A stretch of 64,000 nt of DNA, from assembly GCA_964608675.1 (NCBI GenBank), contig CAZSOZ010000002.1, positions 160,001 through 224,000 on the forward strand, read 5' to 3'. The translations under genes were made by a program, and so were the position numbers. Below are positions 37,413 through 47,066 of this stretch, piece by piece; position 1 is the first letter of the stretch; every line of letters starts with the position of its first letter. Source of the stretch: an uncultured archaeon (lineage in GTDB: Archaea; Iainarchaeota; Iainarchaeia; Iainarchaeales; 1-14-0-10-31-34). Below the pieces are notes generated by a model. The model saw nothing but the letters and a program-made list of their open reading frames with translations, made no database searches and was not told where the DNA came from.

Positions 37413-40400
37413 TTAATAGCCACCGCAATTTGTAGTGTATGCATAGAGTTCTTCTTCAGGAGTAAAAATCCAATAACCTGCTCCTGGATTCATATAACTC
37501 TCATACATTAATTCCTTCCACTGGTATGGATTGTCTGCTTCCCAGTAAGTCAACAAAGAAGTCCAGCCTTTATCCATAAAAGTGCTTCCTAAAGAATACA
37601 AAGCACAATAAGCAGGTCTTCCTTCTCCTAACAAATTTGGACCATCATAGACTTCTTCTCCTTGAGTTCCAAAGTGTCCAATTAAATTCCATCCTTGCGC
37701 CAACTGTTTATCTGAAGGAGTTGTTGCTGGACTAAACAGGCTTCCTCCTAAAATCATTGTGTCTGCTTCATATGCTCTAACCCAATAACCCCAGCCTGGA
37801 AGTATTTCAGTTAAATCTGTTGCCGGACTTCCTGGATAAAAAGCATGCCATTCATCTGCAAATGCATCATAAGTCCACACTGATTCAACGTTATCTGCAA
37901 CTGATTCAAACACTGTTTCAATACTGTCATCAATTAAACTAAATGGAACTGAAATCAAATTCCATTTCTTGTTTAATTCAATTTCAAATTTAGTTCCTTC
38001 AACCTTGAATTTCTCGTCATCAATTTCTCCTGCATTTCCTAAAGCATCAACACAATAATACTGTAAATTGTGTTCACTTTCTTCAAGGAAAAAGAACTCT
38101 GTTTCATCCATTCCCAAATCACAGAAACCATCTCCATTTGAATTATAGTCTCCTTCATAGAACTCACAGTAAACTTCTGTAATGTTTTGTCCTTCGTAGT
38201 CTCCTTCAAAAAATTCAGTGCTTCCATCTAATTCAAGATAAAAGTAAGCTGAACTATGGTTAACTGGATGCGGTTCAGGATCAGTGCAATCCAAACTTAC
38301 TGGAGTCAATAAAGTTACTTTCCAGCAGTTTCCTGGAGTCAAACAGAATTCCTCTAAATCATAGTAAGCTGAATCCATTCCATTCCAAGGACTTTTTGGT
38401 TCTCCAACCAATTTATTTGGTTCAGGAGGAGTATTATCCACATATACGCACTGTTTTTTGGTTGTTTCTGTTTTGTTTACATTGTCAACTGAATAATACT
38501 CTATCAAATGACAGGATTGTTCCGAAACACTGAATGCTTCAAAGTAAGTCATCCAAGCTCCTGTTCCTTCAGCGTTCCCGCAAACAAATTCTTCGTTTTC
38601 TGGATCACAATAATTGTTATTTACTTGAGTTATTCTAAAATGAGTTTCTGCTATTCCTGTTTTATGCGGTCCAATATCTTCTGCTGTTAAAGTAATTGGT
38701 GTATTAGAAGTAATCCATTCTTTTCCGTCTTCTTCATAGAAAGGTACACCGTATTCTTTTGTTGTTTCAGGAGGAGTTTTGTCTACGTAATATGTTTCCT
38801 CTTTTGTTGTTTCGTTTCCCAAAGCATCCTTGCATGTTATTGTAAGGTTGTGCTTGCATTCTTCAGGGAAATTAATTGGAAATACATCAAATGGACCGTA
38901 AACGGTTTCATTTTCATCCAAAGTATAACTCCATTCACATTCAACATCGTTAACCGGATGTGGTTCTGGGTCAACTGTAATTACTTCAATTTCAGTTATT
39001 CCATCTATATACATGCAGGTTGTTTCTGTTGGTTCATGAGTATTCATAGCAAACACATGGAATGCTGGAATTTCCTGCGGGTGTCCTTCAAACCAAGTCA
39101 TTGAAACAAAGCCTGTTGCAGTAAAGCCGTTTATTTGATCTGCATCTGAAAGATAAACTCTTGCCCCCTTGTAAGCTTCGCTTGAATAAATGTCTCCTAT
39201 TTCCATTCCATTTACATAGACATCAGATAACAAGACATCTCCTTTTTCTGTTCCACCTTTAACAAACAATACAAGGTATTCAAAGGCTTTTTCTGAATCA
39301 TAAATCCAAGTTAATTCTGTTCCATTTACATTATATGAAACTAGTCCTGTTGTTGGATCATAATTTACTTCAAACGGAACTGGTTCTCCTTCATTTATCC
39401 AAGCAAATTCTCCGCTTGATTCAACTTGCTCTGGATTTCCATTCCAAATTGCCACATCCCAGTTTGTTGTATCTGAACGACCGGTTGTAAAGAAATCTTT
39501 TTCTCCCTCTCCCAAACAACTCCATCCTTCACACATTTCATAATAAGATTCTGTTTGATTGCAAGCTAATTCAATTTGTGGGCCAACAATTTCTGTTTCA
39601 ATATCTGGACCTACTGTATCAACTACATCAATTTCACTGAAAGTTATTGTTGAGTTTCCTAAAATGTCTTCACATTTGTATTCAAGTTCATGGCATGAAT
39701 CTTCTTCAAAGAAAATTCTTACTTGTTCTCCTTCAGATGTTGTCCAATCAGTCCACTCACTCCATTCAAGACAGTCATTGCTTATTCTATACCTGTATTC
39801 TGTTGAAACAATGTCAACCGGATGAGGTGTCTGATCAGCACAAGTCAAAGTAATGGGAGTCTGCTGAGTGATATAATAATCACAATTCAATGGGTCTTCA
39901 ATGCATTCAATTTTTGGGTCACCAACTGTTTTGTCAATTAATGGCTCTGTATTGTCAACAAATACACACTGCCTATTTGTTTCTTCTGTATTGCCTAATT
40001 TGTCCACTGAATAAAATTCAATTATATGACATGACTCTTCCGGCAGACTAACAGTATCAGTGTATTCAATAAAATCAGGTAAAACTCCTTCATAATTTTG
40101 GCATCCACTAGCTTCTGATTCACACCATATGTCTTCAACTACAGAATACCTCCAAAAAGTCTTGTTTACTCCAACTTTGTTGTCTTCAGCTGAAAAGTCA
40201 ATCGAAGTTTGAGAGGTAATAAAGTGCGGGTAAGCTCCTCCATCATTAATGTTTGCCGGATAAGCCGGTATCCCATAAGTTTTTGTTGTAACCGGCGGAG
40301 TTGAATCCACTAAAAAGGTTTCTACATCAGATGACTTATTTTCTAATGCATCCCAACAAAATACATACAAGTCATGAGTTGAATCTTCAGCGAAAATTAT

Positions 40401-41906
40401 TTCTTTGTAATCAATGAATTCCCCTGAATCAACAAGACATCTTCCAGCATTGTATTGTCCATTACAATTTTCTTGTGCTGTATGCCACCATACACCATAA
40501 GTACAATAAGTGTTGCCTGAATTGCATCCTATTTGTGTTGGATCAGGATCAGAAACTGAAATCGCTACTCCCCCTCTTCCATTGTCTGCAACAAAGCATT
40601 CATCTGATTCATCCTGTGGCGGACAATCTCCCATCCAATCAACACCAGCCTCTCCAAGCATTGTTTTTGTGATTGTAGGAGGAGTGTCATCTACTCTGTA
40701 AGTTTGTTCATAAGGTTCTTCAACAGTTCCATCTGAATTGCCTAATACATCAACACAATAATATTGTATTTTGTGCACTGATTCTTCATTGAAATAAACT
40801 TCTTTATGAACTTCAGAACCTGTTGTATCAGTCCATTCAGCCCATGTTCCACTTAAGTCGTCCCAAATTCTATAGTATAATGAAACATTGTTTACTGGAT
40901 GGTTTCCTGTATCAGTGCAGTCCAAATAAATTGGAATCTGGGTTGTAGTCCAATCAAATTCACCTAATTGCTCCTCATAATCTGAAATCATTCCTTCTCC
41001 ATGAGTTTTTTCAACCACTGGAGGAGTGTCATCCACATATACACACTGGTAGTTTAAAGGTTCTTCATTTCCTAATTGGTCAACTGCAAAAAATTCAATT
41101 ACATGGCATGACTCTTCTTCTTTGAAAAAAGTAACTGTCTCTGTATCAACAATTGTCCATCCTCCATCAGGAGAGTACTGTACATAATTGTCTGGATTAC
41201 ATGCTTGTTCTGTTACACAAATTGAATCATCTTCAACCACAAAATCTCTATAATGAAGCTCTTTTACACCAATAGCACAATTTTCTGCTCCATCAACTGC
41301 AGTTAAAGTTACATCTGAATCAAATGCTGCAATCCAATGAGGATAAGAAGCTCCTGTGTTAATTCCTTCAGGGAAATAAGGGGTTCCATAAACTTTTGTA
41401 GTGGTTGGAGGAGTATTATCTATTTTTGTAACATCTTCTAAATATACTATTGAACCGTCATTTGGAAAAGTTTCGTCTCTTGTTTCAAAATCCCAAAAAA
41501 ATTCGCAACCTGATGCTGGAGCAGTAGCTGAAAAATTAAAATCTGTGCTTTGTCCTGGCTGAATAACTGCACTGGCATCTGCAGCCACATACATACAGGC
41601 CTGCTTTGCAGAAATAAAATATAAATCCCATCCAGCTTTTGCCTCACAAGGCGGCACAGTATAAGTATAATCTTGATTCATGTAAATTCTAACTTCATCA
41701 ATATTTTCATCACTTCCAGCCAGATTATTAAATGTAGCAGTATAATTATTCAAGCTGTTAGGCACAGTCCATTCAGGCTGTAAGTCTACAGTAGAATTGT
41801 GAATTGCAGAAACAAGACCTGCGAATAAAATTAGTGATAAAAATAAAATAAAAAATTTTCCTCCAAAAACAAATAAAGAATTTCCTTTAAAATTTAGCCA
41901 AGACAT
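37413..41906 (-). CDS. 1497-aa acidic secreted surface protein with repeated Ig-like domains
   Basis: Signal peptide; repeated VD.TPP...H.IEYY.VD.LGN units; C-terminal L..(G/K)WNLI(S/G)...G.GYW duplicated domain. Confidence 0.85.
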   Translation of the reverse strand: MSWLNFKGNSLFVFGGKFFILFLSLILFAGLVSAIHNSTVDLQPEWTVPNSLNNYTATFNNLAGSDENIDEVRIYMNQDYTYTVPPCEAKAGWDLYFISAKQACMYVAADASAVIQPGQSTDFNFSATAPASGCEFFWDFETRDETFPNDGSIVYLEDVTKIDNTPPTTTKVYGTPYFPEGINTGASYPHWIAAFDSDVTLTAVDGAENCAIGVKELHYRDFVVEDDSICVTEQACNPDNYVQYSPDGGWTIVDTETVTFFKEEESCHVIEFFAVDQLGNEEPLNYQCVYVDDTPPVVEKTHGEGMISDYEEQLGEFDWTTTQIPIYLDCTDTGNHPVNNVSLYYRIWDDLSGTWAEWTDTTGSEVHKEVYFNEESVHKIQYYCVDVLGNSDGTVEEPYEQTYRVDDTPPTITKTMLGEAGVDWMGDCPPQDESDECFVADNGRGGVAISVSDPDPTQIGCNSGNTYCTYGVWWHTAQENCNGQYNAGRCLVDSGEFIDYKEIIFAEDSTHDLYVFCWDALENKSSDVETFLVDSTPPVTTKTYGIPAYPANINDGGAYPHFITSQTSIDFSAEDNKVGVNKTFWRYSVVEDIWCESEASGCQNYEGVLPDFIEYTDTVSLPEESCHIIEFYSVDKLGNTEETNRQCVFVDNTEPLIDKTVGDPKIECIEDPLNCDYYITQQTPITLTCADQTPHPVDIVSTEYRYRISNDCLEWSEWTDWTTSEGEQVRIFFEEDSCHELEYKCEDILGNSTITFSEIDVVDTVGPDIETEIVGPQIELACNQTESYYEMCEGWSCLGEGEKDFFTTGRSDTTNWDVAIWNGNPEQVESSGEFAWINEGEPVPFEVNYDPTTGLVSYNVNGTELTWIYDSEKAFEYLVLFVKGGTEKGDVLLSDVYVNGMEIGDIYSSEAYKGARVYLSDADQINGFTATGFVSMTWFEGHPQEIPAFHVFAMNTHEPTETTCMYIDGITEIEVITVDPEPHPVNDVECEWSYTLDENETVYGPFDVFPINFPEECKHNLTITCKDALGNETTKEETYYVDKTPPETTKEYGVPFYEEDGKEWITSNTPITLTAEDIGPHKTGIAETHFRITQVNNNYCDPENEEFVCGNAEGTGAWMTYFEAFSVSEQSCHLIEYYSVDNVNKTETTKKQCVYVDNTPPEPNKLVGEPKSPWNGMDSAYYDLEEFCLTPGNCWKVTLLTPVSLDCTDPEPHPVNHSSAYFYLELDGSTEFFEGDYEGQNITEVYCEFYEGDYNSNGDGFCDLGMDETEFFFLEESEHNLQYYCVDALGNAGEIDDEKFKVEGTKFEIELNKKWNLISVPFSLIDDSIETVFESVADNVESVWTYDAFADEWHAFYPGSPATDLTEILPGWGYWVRAYEADTMILGGSLFSPATTPSDKQLAQGWNLIGHFGTQGEEVYDGPNLLGEGRPAYCALYSLGSTFMDKGWTSLLTYWEADNPYQWKELMYESYMNPGAGYWIFTPEEELYAYTTNCGGY

Positions 41907-42075
41907 ATAAATAATCCCCCCAAAACGAAAAAAATTAATTTTTCCATAACTATTAATCAGTAGTTCTTTAAATACATTAAGTTTTAGTCAAAAAATTATG
42001 TAGAGAAAAATGTTTTGTTGTCACTAAAAAGTTTAAAAAGATTATTTAATAGATTTTGCTTTTGAGAGGAAACAA

Positions 42076-42345
42076 ATGAATAAAGTGAATGAAATTTTTC
42101 ATGCAAAACTTTCTCCTTTACAAAAAAAAATTTTATTAGAGTTAAATGAAAAGCCTTTGACTTTAAATGAATTAAGCGAAAAAACTAATTCAAGTGTTTA
42201 TACAATAGGAAAACAATTGTCTGTTCTGCAGTGCAGAACTAAATGCAATTGCCTCAAAAAAAAAGGAATTGAATTTCCTTTAGTGAAAAAAATAAAGGAA
42301 GAAGGAATAAAAACAACTTATTTATTGAACGAAAAAAAAAATTAA
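42076..42345 (+). CDS. Small winged-HTH regulator (ArsR-like)
   Basis: LQKKILLELNEKPLTLNELSEKTNSSVYTIGKQLSVL; GAGG RBS; divergent from the 1497-aa gene. Confidence 0.7.
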   Translation: MNKVNEIFHAKLSPLQKKILLELNEKPLTLNELSEKTNSSVYTIGKQLSVLQCRTKCNCLKKKGIEFPLVKKIKEEGIKTTYLLNEKKN

Positions 42346-42347
42346 CT

Positions 42348-42601
42348 GTTAAATTTTTTTTTGCCAGCTTTAATACAGCTTCTTCTTGTTTTCTCCATCT
42401 AAATATTTCCGTTAATTGTTTTGCTCAAGCATCAACAAAAGAAGGCAAAACATTAAAATGAGAAGAAATTATTTTTGTTGCTTTTTCTTTTTTCTTGCAG
42501 TTCATTAATTGTCTGAAAACTTCATGGAAGTTTTCTGTATCCAAAAGAAATGCCTGCAAAAAAGGCTTGCTTTTTTGAATTTTTCTTTTATTGCCTGCCA
42601 T
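42348..42601 (-). pseudogene. Possible decayed gene remnant
   Basis: Protein-like stretches (MAGNKEKIQKSKPFLQAFLLDTENFHEVFRQL; EKATKIISSHFNVLPSFVDA*AKQLTEIFRWRKQEEAVLKLAKKI) broken by a frameshift and a stop. Confidence 0.3.
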
Positions 42602-42651
42602 GCATTGAAAACAAAAATGAAAAGTTAAATGATAAACAAAAAGAAATTGAT

Positions 42652-43524
42652 TTAAATAAGTTTTAACAACTGTTTTTTTGCTTGAAGAAAAGAAATTTTT
42701 TTGTTTTCAAATTGTTTAAGAGTTTTGTTTATTTCTTTTAGATTACTTAAAAGAAAAAAATTTAAGGAGATTTTTTCAAGAAAATTCAGATTGTTTTTTT
42801 CGGCAATCAATTCAGCAAAAAGATTTGTTGCTTGAGCTGAATTAATTAAATTATGCTTTAATCTCAAAAGAAAATCAATTGTTCTTACTTGAAATTTCTT
42901 AGAGTAATACAATGAAGTTTTATGCACTCTAAAAGAATACAAGGGTTCATTCAAATGATGTAAAAAAAATTTTTTTGAAACTCTAATCCAGTAATCAAAG
43001 TCTTCAGCCAAAATTGCTTCTTCATCGTATTCTCCTGTTTCTTGTTTAACTTTTTTTGAATACAAAAAACAGCCTCCAACTGAATTGCCTTTGCTTAAAT
43101 CAGGGTTATCCGAATACTTTACTATTCCATGAGAGTTCTTTTCAGTGTCAATCAAGAATAAATCAGTGAAAACAAAATCAAAGTTGTTTTCTTTCAGGAA
43201 AGAAACCATTTTTTTTATTGCATTAAGTGAATAAAAGTTGTCGTCTGAAGTCCAGCTCAAATAATCTCCTTTTGCATTAGAAAAACCTGAATTTAATGCG
43301 GTTGGCAATCCAAAATTTTTTTTGTGTTTAAATGATTTGATTCTCTTGTCTTTGAATTCATTTATGATTTGCTGGGTGTTGTCAGTTGAACCGTCATCAA
43401 CTATAATTAATTCAATGTTTTTATGGGTTTGATTTAAGCAGGATTCAATGGACTGCTTTAAGTAATCAGAGTATTTTGCCCTGTTGTAGGTAGGCAAAAC
43501 AATGCTGACTTTTTCTTTATTCAT
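42652..43524 (-). CDS. Glycosyltransferase family 2
   Basis: VSIVLPTYN, IIVDDGSTD, WTSDDN, AEDFDYWIR. Confidence 0.93.
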   Translation of the reverse strand: MNKEKVSIVLPTYNRAKYSDYLKQSIESCLNQTHKNIELIIVDDGSTDNTQQIINEFKDKRIKSFKHKKNFGLPTALNSGFSNAKGDYLSWTSDDNFYSLNAIKKMVSFLKENNFDFVFTDLFLIDTEKNSHGIVKYSDNPDLSKGNSVGGCFLYSKKVKQETGEYDEEAILAEDFDYWIRVSKKFFLHHLNEPLYSFRVHKTSLYYSKKFQVRTIDFLLRLKHNLINSAQATNLFAELIAEKNNLNFLEKISLNFFLLSNLKEINKTLKQFENKKISFLQAKKQLLKLI

Positions 43525-44617
43525 TTTTTATCTCCTTAAAACAGTCAAAGATTTTTTTTGATGCAGTTCCATTTCCAAAAGGGTTTTCAGCTGAAGCCAT
43601 TTTATTGTAAAGTTCTTTGTTTTCAAAAAGTTTTTTTGTTTCTTTCACTATTTTTTGTGTTTCAACTCCGACAAGTTTTGCTGCTCCTGTAATAACTGCT
43701 TCAGACCTTTCAGTTTTTTTCCTTAAAACCAGAACCGGCTTATTTAAGAAAGGAGCTTCTTCTTGTAAGCCTCCTGAATCAGTCAACAAAATAAAAGATT
43801 TTTTCATTAAATGAACAAAAGTTTTGTAATCCAATGGTTTTGTTAGCAAAACATTTTTTTTGTTTGACAAAATTGAATTTACTTTTTTTCTTACATTTGG
43901 ATTTAAGTGAACAGGAAAAACAATAAATGAATTCTCAAACTCAGAGATTTCTTTTATTGCATTGAAAATTTTTTCTAATGGTTTTCCAAAGCTTTCTCTT
44001 CTATGGCAGGTAACCAAAACAATTCTTTTATTTTTTGGGAGTTCATCAAAAAAAGTTTTTTTTAAAAAAGGTTGTTCAATTATCCAGAGAAGAGCATCAA
44101 TTATCGTGTTTCCGGTTACAATGATTTTTTCTTTTTTAATTCCTTCATTTAATAGGTTTTGCTTTGATTCTTTTGTTGGAGCAAAAAATAAATCTGAAAC
44201 AACATCAATTATTCTTCTATTAATTTCTTCTGGAAAAGGCTGAAGCTTATTATAAGTTCTTAATCCTGCTTCAATATGAGCTATTTTAATTTTTTTGTAG
44301 TACGCTGCTAAACTTGAAGCCATTGCAGTTGTAGTGTCTCCCTGCACTATTAAATAATCAGGTTTTTCTTTTTCTAAAATTTCTGAAAGCTGAATTAAAA
44401 CTGTTTTAGTTATATGTTCTAAAGACTGGTTTTCTTTCATTAAATTTAAATTGTAGTCAGGTTTGATTTGAAAAAGTTCAAGGAAAGGTTCAGCCATTTC
44501 TTTATGCTGGCCTGTTAAACAAATTTTTATTTCAAAATCTGAATTCTTAAATTCTTTGATTACTGGAAAAAGTTTTATTAACTCTGGGCGAGTTCCAAAA
44601 ACAAAAAATAATTTCAT
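43517..44617 (-). CDS. wecB: UDP-N-acetylglucosamine 2-epimerase (non-hydrolysing)
   Basis: FGTRPE, TGQH, VQGDTTT, HIEAGLRT, PEEINR, TDSGGLQEEAP. Confidence 0.96.
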   Translation of the reverse strand: MKLFFVFGTRPELIKLFPVIKEFKNSDFEIKICLTGQHKEMAEPFLELFQIKPDYNLNLMKENQSLEHITKTVLIQLSEILEKEKPDYLIVQGDTTTAMASSLAAYYKKIKIAHIEAGLRTYNKLQPFPEEINRRIIDVVSDLFFAPTKESKQNLLNEGIKKEKIIVTGNTIIDALLWIIEQPFLKKTFFDELPKNKRIVLVTCHRRESFGKPLEKIFNAIKEISEFENSFIVFPVHLNPNVRKKVNSILSNKKNVLLTKPLDYKTFVHLMKKSFILLTDSGGLQEEAPFLNKPVLVLRKKTERSEAVITGAAKLVGVETQKIVKETKKLFENKELYNKMASAENPFGNGTASKKIFDCFKEIKNE

Positions 44618-44837
44618 AATTAATTTATATTAAAATAGTTTTTTATAGTTTTTATCTTAAAGCAAGCAAAAAAAAAGCAAACTAATTTATTTTTTGGAGT
44701 GATAATTTTTTTGATGAAAATCAAAAAAAAATTTGGAGAACCCTGAATTGCGTTTAGCCAAAAAAAATAGGCGTGTGCCCAAAAAAAAATTTTTTTCCTT
44801 CAAAAAAAGTAATTTTGTCTTTCAGGCACTTGAATTT

Positions 44838-46466
44838 TTATTCACTGTATTTTTCTTTTATTTCCTTTATTTTTTTGTCCTGCATTTTTTCTGCTTCAAG
44901 TCTTTCTAATTTGTATTCCTTAAAGTCAACAAACTTTAATTGTTCAGTTAAAAGAGGATGCACTCTTTTTATTTCAGAAGCAATTTTTTGTGCGATTCTC
45001 CTGTAATCTGGATGGCCGTGCATTGTACTTCTTAATTCAGTTAAATGAAATGCTTCCCTTAAATTTAATTTCATGTACCATCTGATTTTGTATCCAAAAG
45101 GAACACAGTATTGAGCGCTCCAAGAATTTTTTGCTTCAATTCTTTCAAACAATTCTTTTGCGTTCTTCATCAAAGAAGTGAAGTCTTCTGTTAAAGCAAT
45201 TGAATCAAATTCAATTGGAGTAATAAAACCATGATGAGTTGACAATAACTGTCTTTCTTGTGTAAGAATTCTGTGCCTGTGCAAATCTCTGAAAATTCCA
45301 AAGTTGCCAAGCAAATCAAAAGTATAAAAAACGTTTTCAAAGGCTCTTCCAGGTTTATGCCTTCTGTTTGTCCTTAACTTTGAATAAGAATTAATTAATT
45401 CTTTTTTTTGTTCTTCACTTAAATTTTTTATTTTTTCTTTTATTTGAGTTAAAGAAAGATGTGAATTAGAATAAAGAACTGCAGAAAGCACTTTGTTTTC
45501 TGCATCAGAATCAAAATCAACTAAAACAACTTCTTGTAAATCAACAGGTTTTTCTTTTTCCAGGATTTCTTTTGTTAAATTATTGGTTTTTTTTCTTGTC
45601 CTGCTTAAAAATTCGGTTTGCTGTACTCCATATTCAGAGAAAGCTCTTTTAACAAAAGAAGGAATATAAAAAGTTAATTCTGAATGCAATTTTTGTGCAA
45701 TACTCTGTGTTTCCTGCAGAGAATAACTGTTTAGTTTTTGAATTAAGTATTCAAATGCACGTCCGTTTCCATACAAGCCGGTGTTAGTTAAAGTTGAAGC
45801 AGGCAGAAACACTCTTAAAACATCACAAGCTTTTGCTTTAACTGTTGAATTGTATGCACGGTCAGAAACTCCTTCTTCCTGAGGATTTTGTTCTTCAATA
45901 AATTTTTTCATTTCAGGAATTTTTTTAGAATAAACAGAAAACAATTCATCACACAATTCAACGTAAGAATCAGCAAACTCTGATTCCATTAATTCTTTTG
46001 GACGAAAATAAAAATAGTTTCCGTTTTCGTTTTTTTCATCAAAATAAATGTATCTAGTTGATTTTTCTAAAGGAGAAATTCCTAAACGGGAATCCTGAAT
46101 TAATTTAACTGCAATATTACTTACTTGTTCTGCTGCAACATGAGCTCCACCTAATTCTGCTACACTGTCATCTCCATAACCCAACAAAATTCTGTCATAA
46201 AATTCTTCTGCTTTTTTTATGGCTACTGCCTGTTCAATTCCTTTTCCTGTCTGATACCCAACAATTTCCTTAAAGCCGGTTTTTTCGTTTTCAATGAATT
46301 CATCTAAAAGAAGCTGTCTTAAAGGTTTAGGCGAACGTGAATAACGGGAAAATAATGCTCCCATTACTACTTCCGGAAGATTTTTTAATACAAAAATATT
46401 GTTTTTTGTACTGGAAACAAAAGCAGACAAAATTTTTTTTTGTTCTTCAGAAAAATTTTCTTGCAT
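44838..46466 (-). CDS. thyX: FAD-dependent thymidylate synthase, long two-domain form
   Basis: ALFSRYSRS, YGDDSVAEL, EKSTRY, FRDLHRHR, NLREAFHLTELRS...GHPDYR. Confidence 0.9.
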   Translation of the reverse strand: MQENFSEEQKKILSAFVSSTKNNIFVLKNLPEVVMGALFSRYSRSPKPLRQLLLDEFIENEKTGFKEIVGYQTGKGIEQAVAIKKAEEFYDRILLGYGDDSVAELGGAHVAAEQVSNIAVKLIQDSRLGISPLEKSTRYIYFDEKNENGNYFYFRPKELMESEFADSYVELCDELFSVYSKKIPEMKKFIEEQNPQEEGVSDRAYNSTVKAKACDVLRVFLPASTLTNTGLYGNGRAFEYLIQKLNSYSLQETQSIAQKLHSELTFYIPSFVKRAFSEYGVQQTEFLSRTRKKTNNLTKEILEKEKPVDLQEVVLVDFDSDAENKVLSAVLYSNSHLSLTQIKEKIKNLSEEQKKELINSYSKLRTNRRHKPGRAFENVFYTFDLLGNFGIFRDLHRHRILTQERQLLSTHHGFITPIEFDSIALTEDFTSLMKNAKELFERIEAKNSWSAQYCVPFGYKIRWYMKLNLREAFHLTELRSTMHGHPDYRRIAQKIASEIKRVHPLLTEQLKFVDFKEYKLERLEAEKMQDKKIKEIKEKYSE

Positions 46467-46557
46467 AATTCTGTTAAGAAAAGAATTCTTTTAAAGCAAT
46501 ACTTATTAGGAAAACCTAAAAAAAAGTATAAATACTTTTCCTTACCTTATTTTTTAG

Positions 46558-46998
46558 ATGAAAACAGAAATACAGGACATAGAATTAAAAGAAATAGCTC
46601 ATGAAAAATCAAAAGAAAACGAAGAAATGTACTTGAAAGTAATTTATATTTTAGAAGAAAAAGGAGTAAAACCTGTTTGTTCCAGTCATGTCGCAAAATC
46701 ACTGAAAATTGCTTTGCCTTCTGTCGTAGAAATGCTTGGAAAACTAGACAAAAAAAACTTAATTAAATACGATGGAAGAAAAGGAATAACCTTTAAACCT
46801 AAAGGAAAAAAAACTGCAAAAAAAATTGTAAGAAATTTAAGGCTGGCAGAACTTTTATTGACTGACATACTTAAAATGAAAGAAACAAAATATGCATGCA
46901 AATTTGAGCACTGCATGCCGGAAGAAATAATAAAAGCAGTAAACAAAAAATTAAATAACCCAAAAAAATGTCCTCATGGAAAAAAAATTCCAAAATAA
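46558..46998 (+). CDS. DtxR/MntR-family metal-dependent regulator
   Basis: EEMYLKVIY, SVVEMLGKL, RLAELLL, ACKFEH, CPHGKKIP. Confidence 0.9.
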   Translation: MKTEIQDIELKEIAHEKSKENEEMYLKVIYILEEKGVKPVCSSHVAKSLKIALPSVVEMLGKLDKKNLIKYDGRKGITFKPKGKKTAKKIVRNLRLAELLLTDILKMKETKYACKFEHCMPEEIIKAVNKKLNNPKKCPHGKKIPK

Positions 46999-47066
46999 TC
47001 CAAAAAAAAACTGATTTTATTCAAAAAAGTGATTTTATGCCTGCAAAAAAAACTAAAAAAAATGAA

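Noticed and set aside
44700-44830. Second box C/D sRNA (TGATGA at about 44712, CTGA at about 44742)
   Set aside because: No C' or D box and no terminal stem; the putative guide is poly-A.
44838-46466. Double-length ThyX as a novelty
   Set aside because: Two-domain ThyX proteins are an already known form.
46968-47066. Longest-ORF N-terminal extension of taw1
   Set aside because: It overlaps the DtxR gene and is low-complexity; starts at 47067 or 47178 are more credible.
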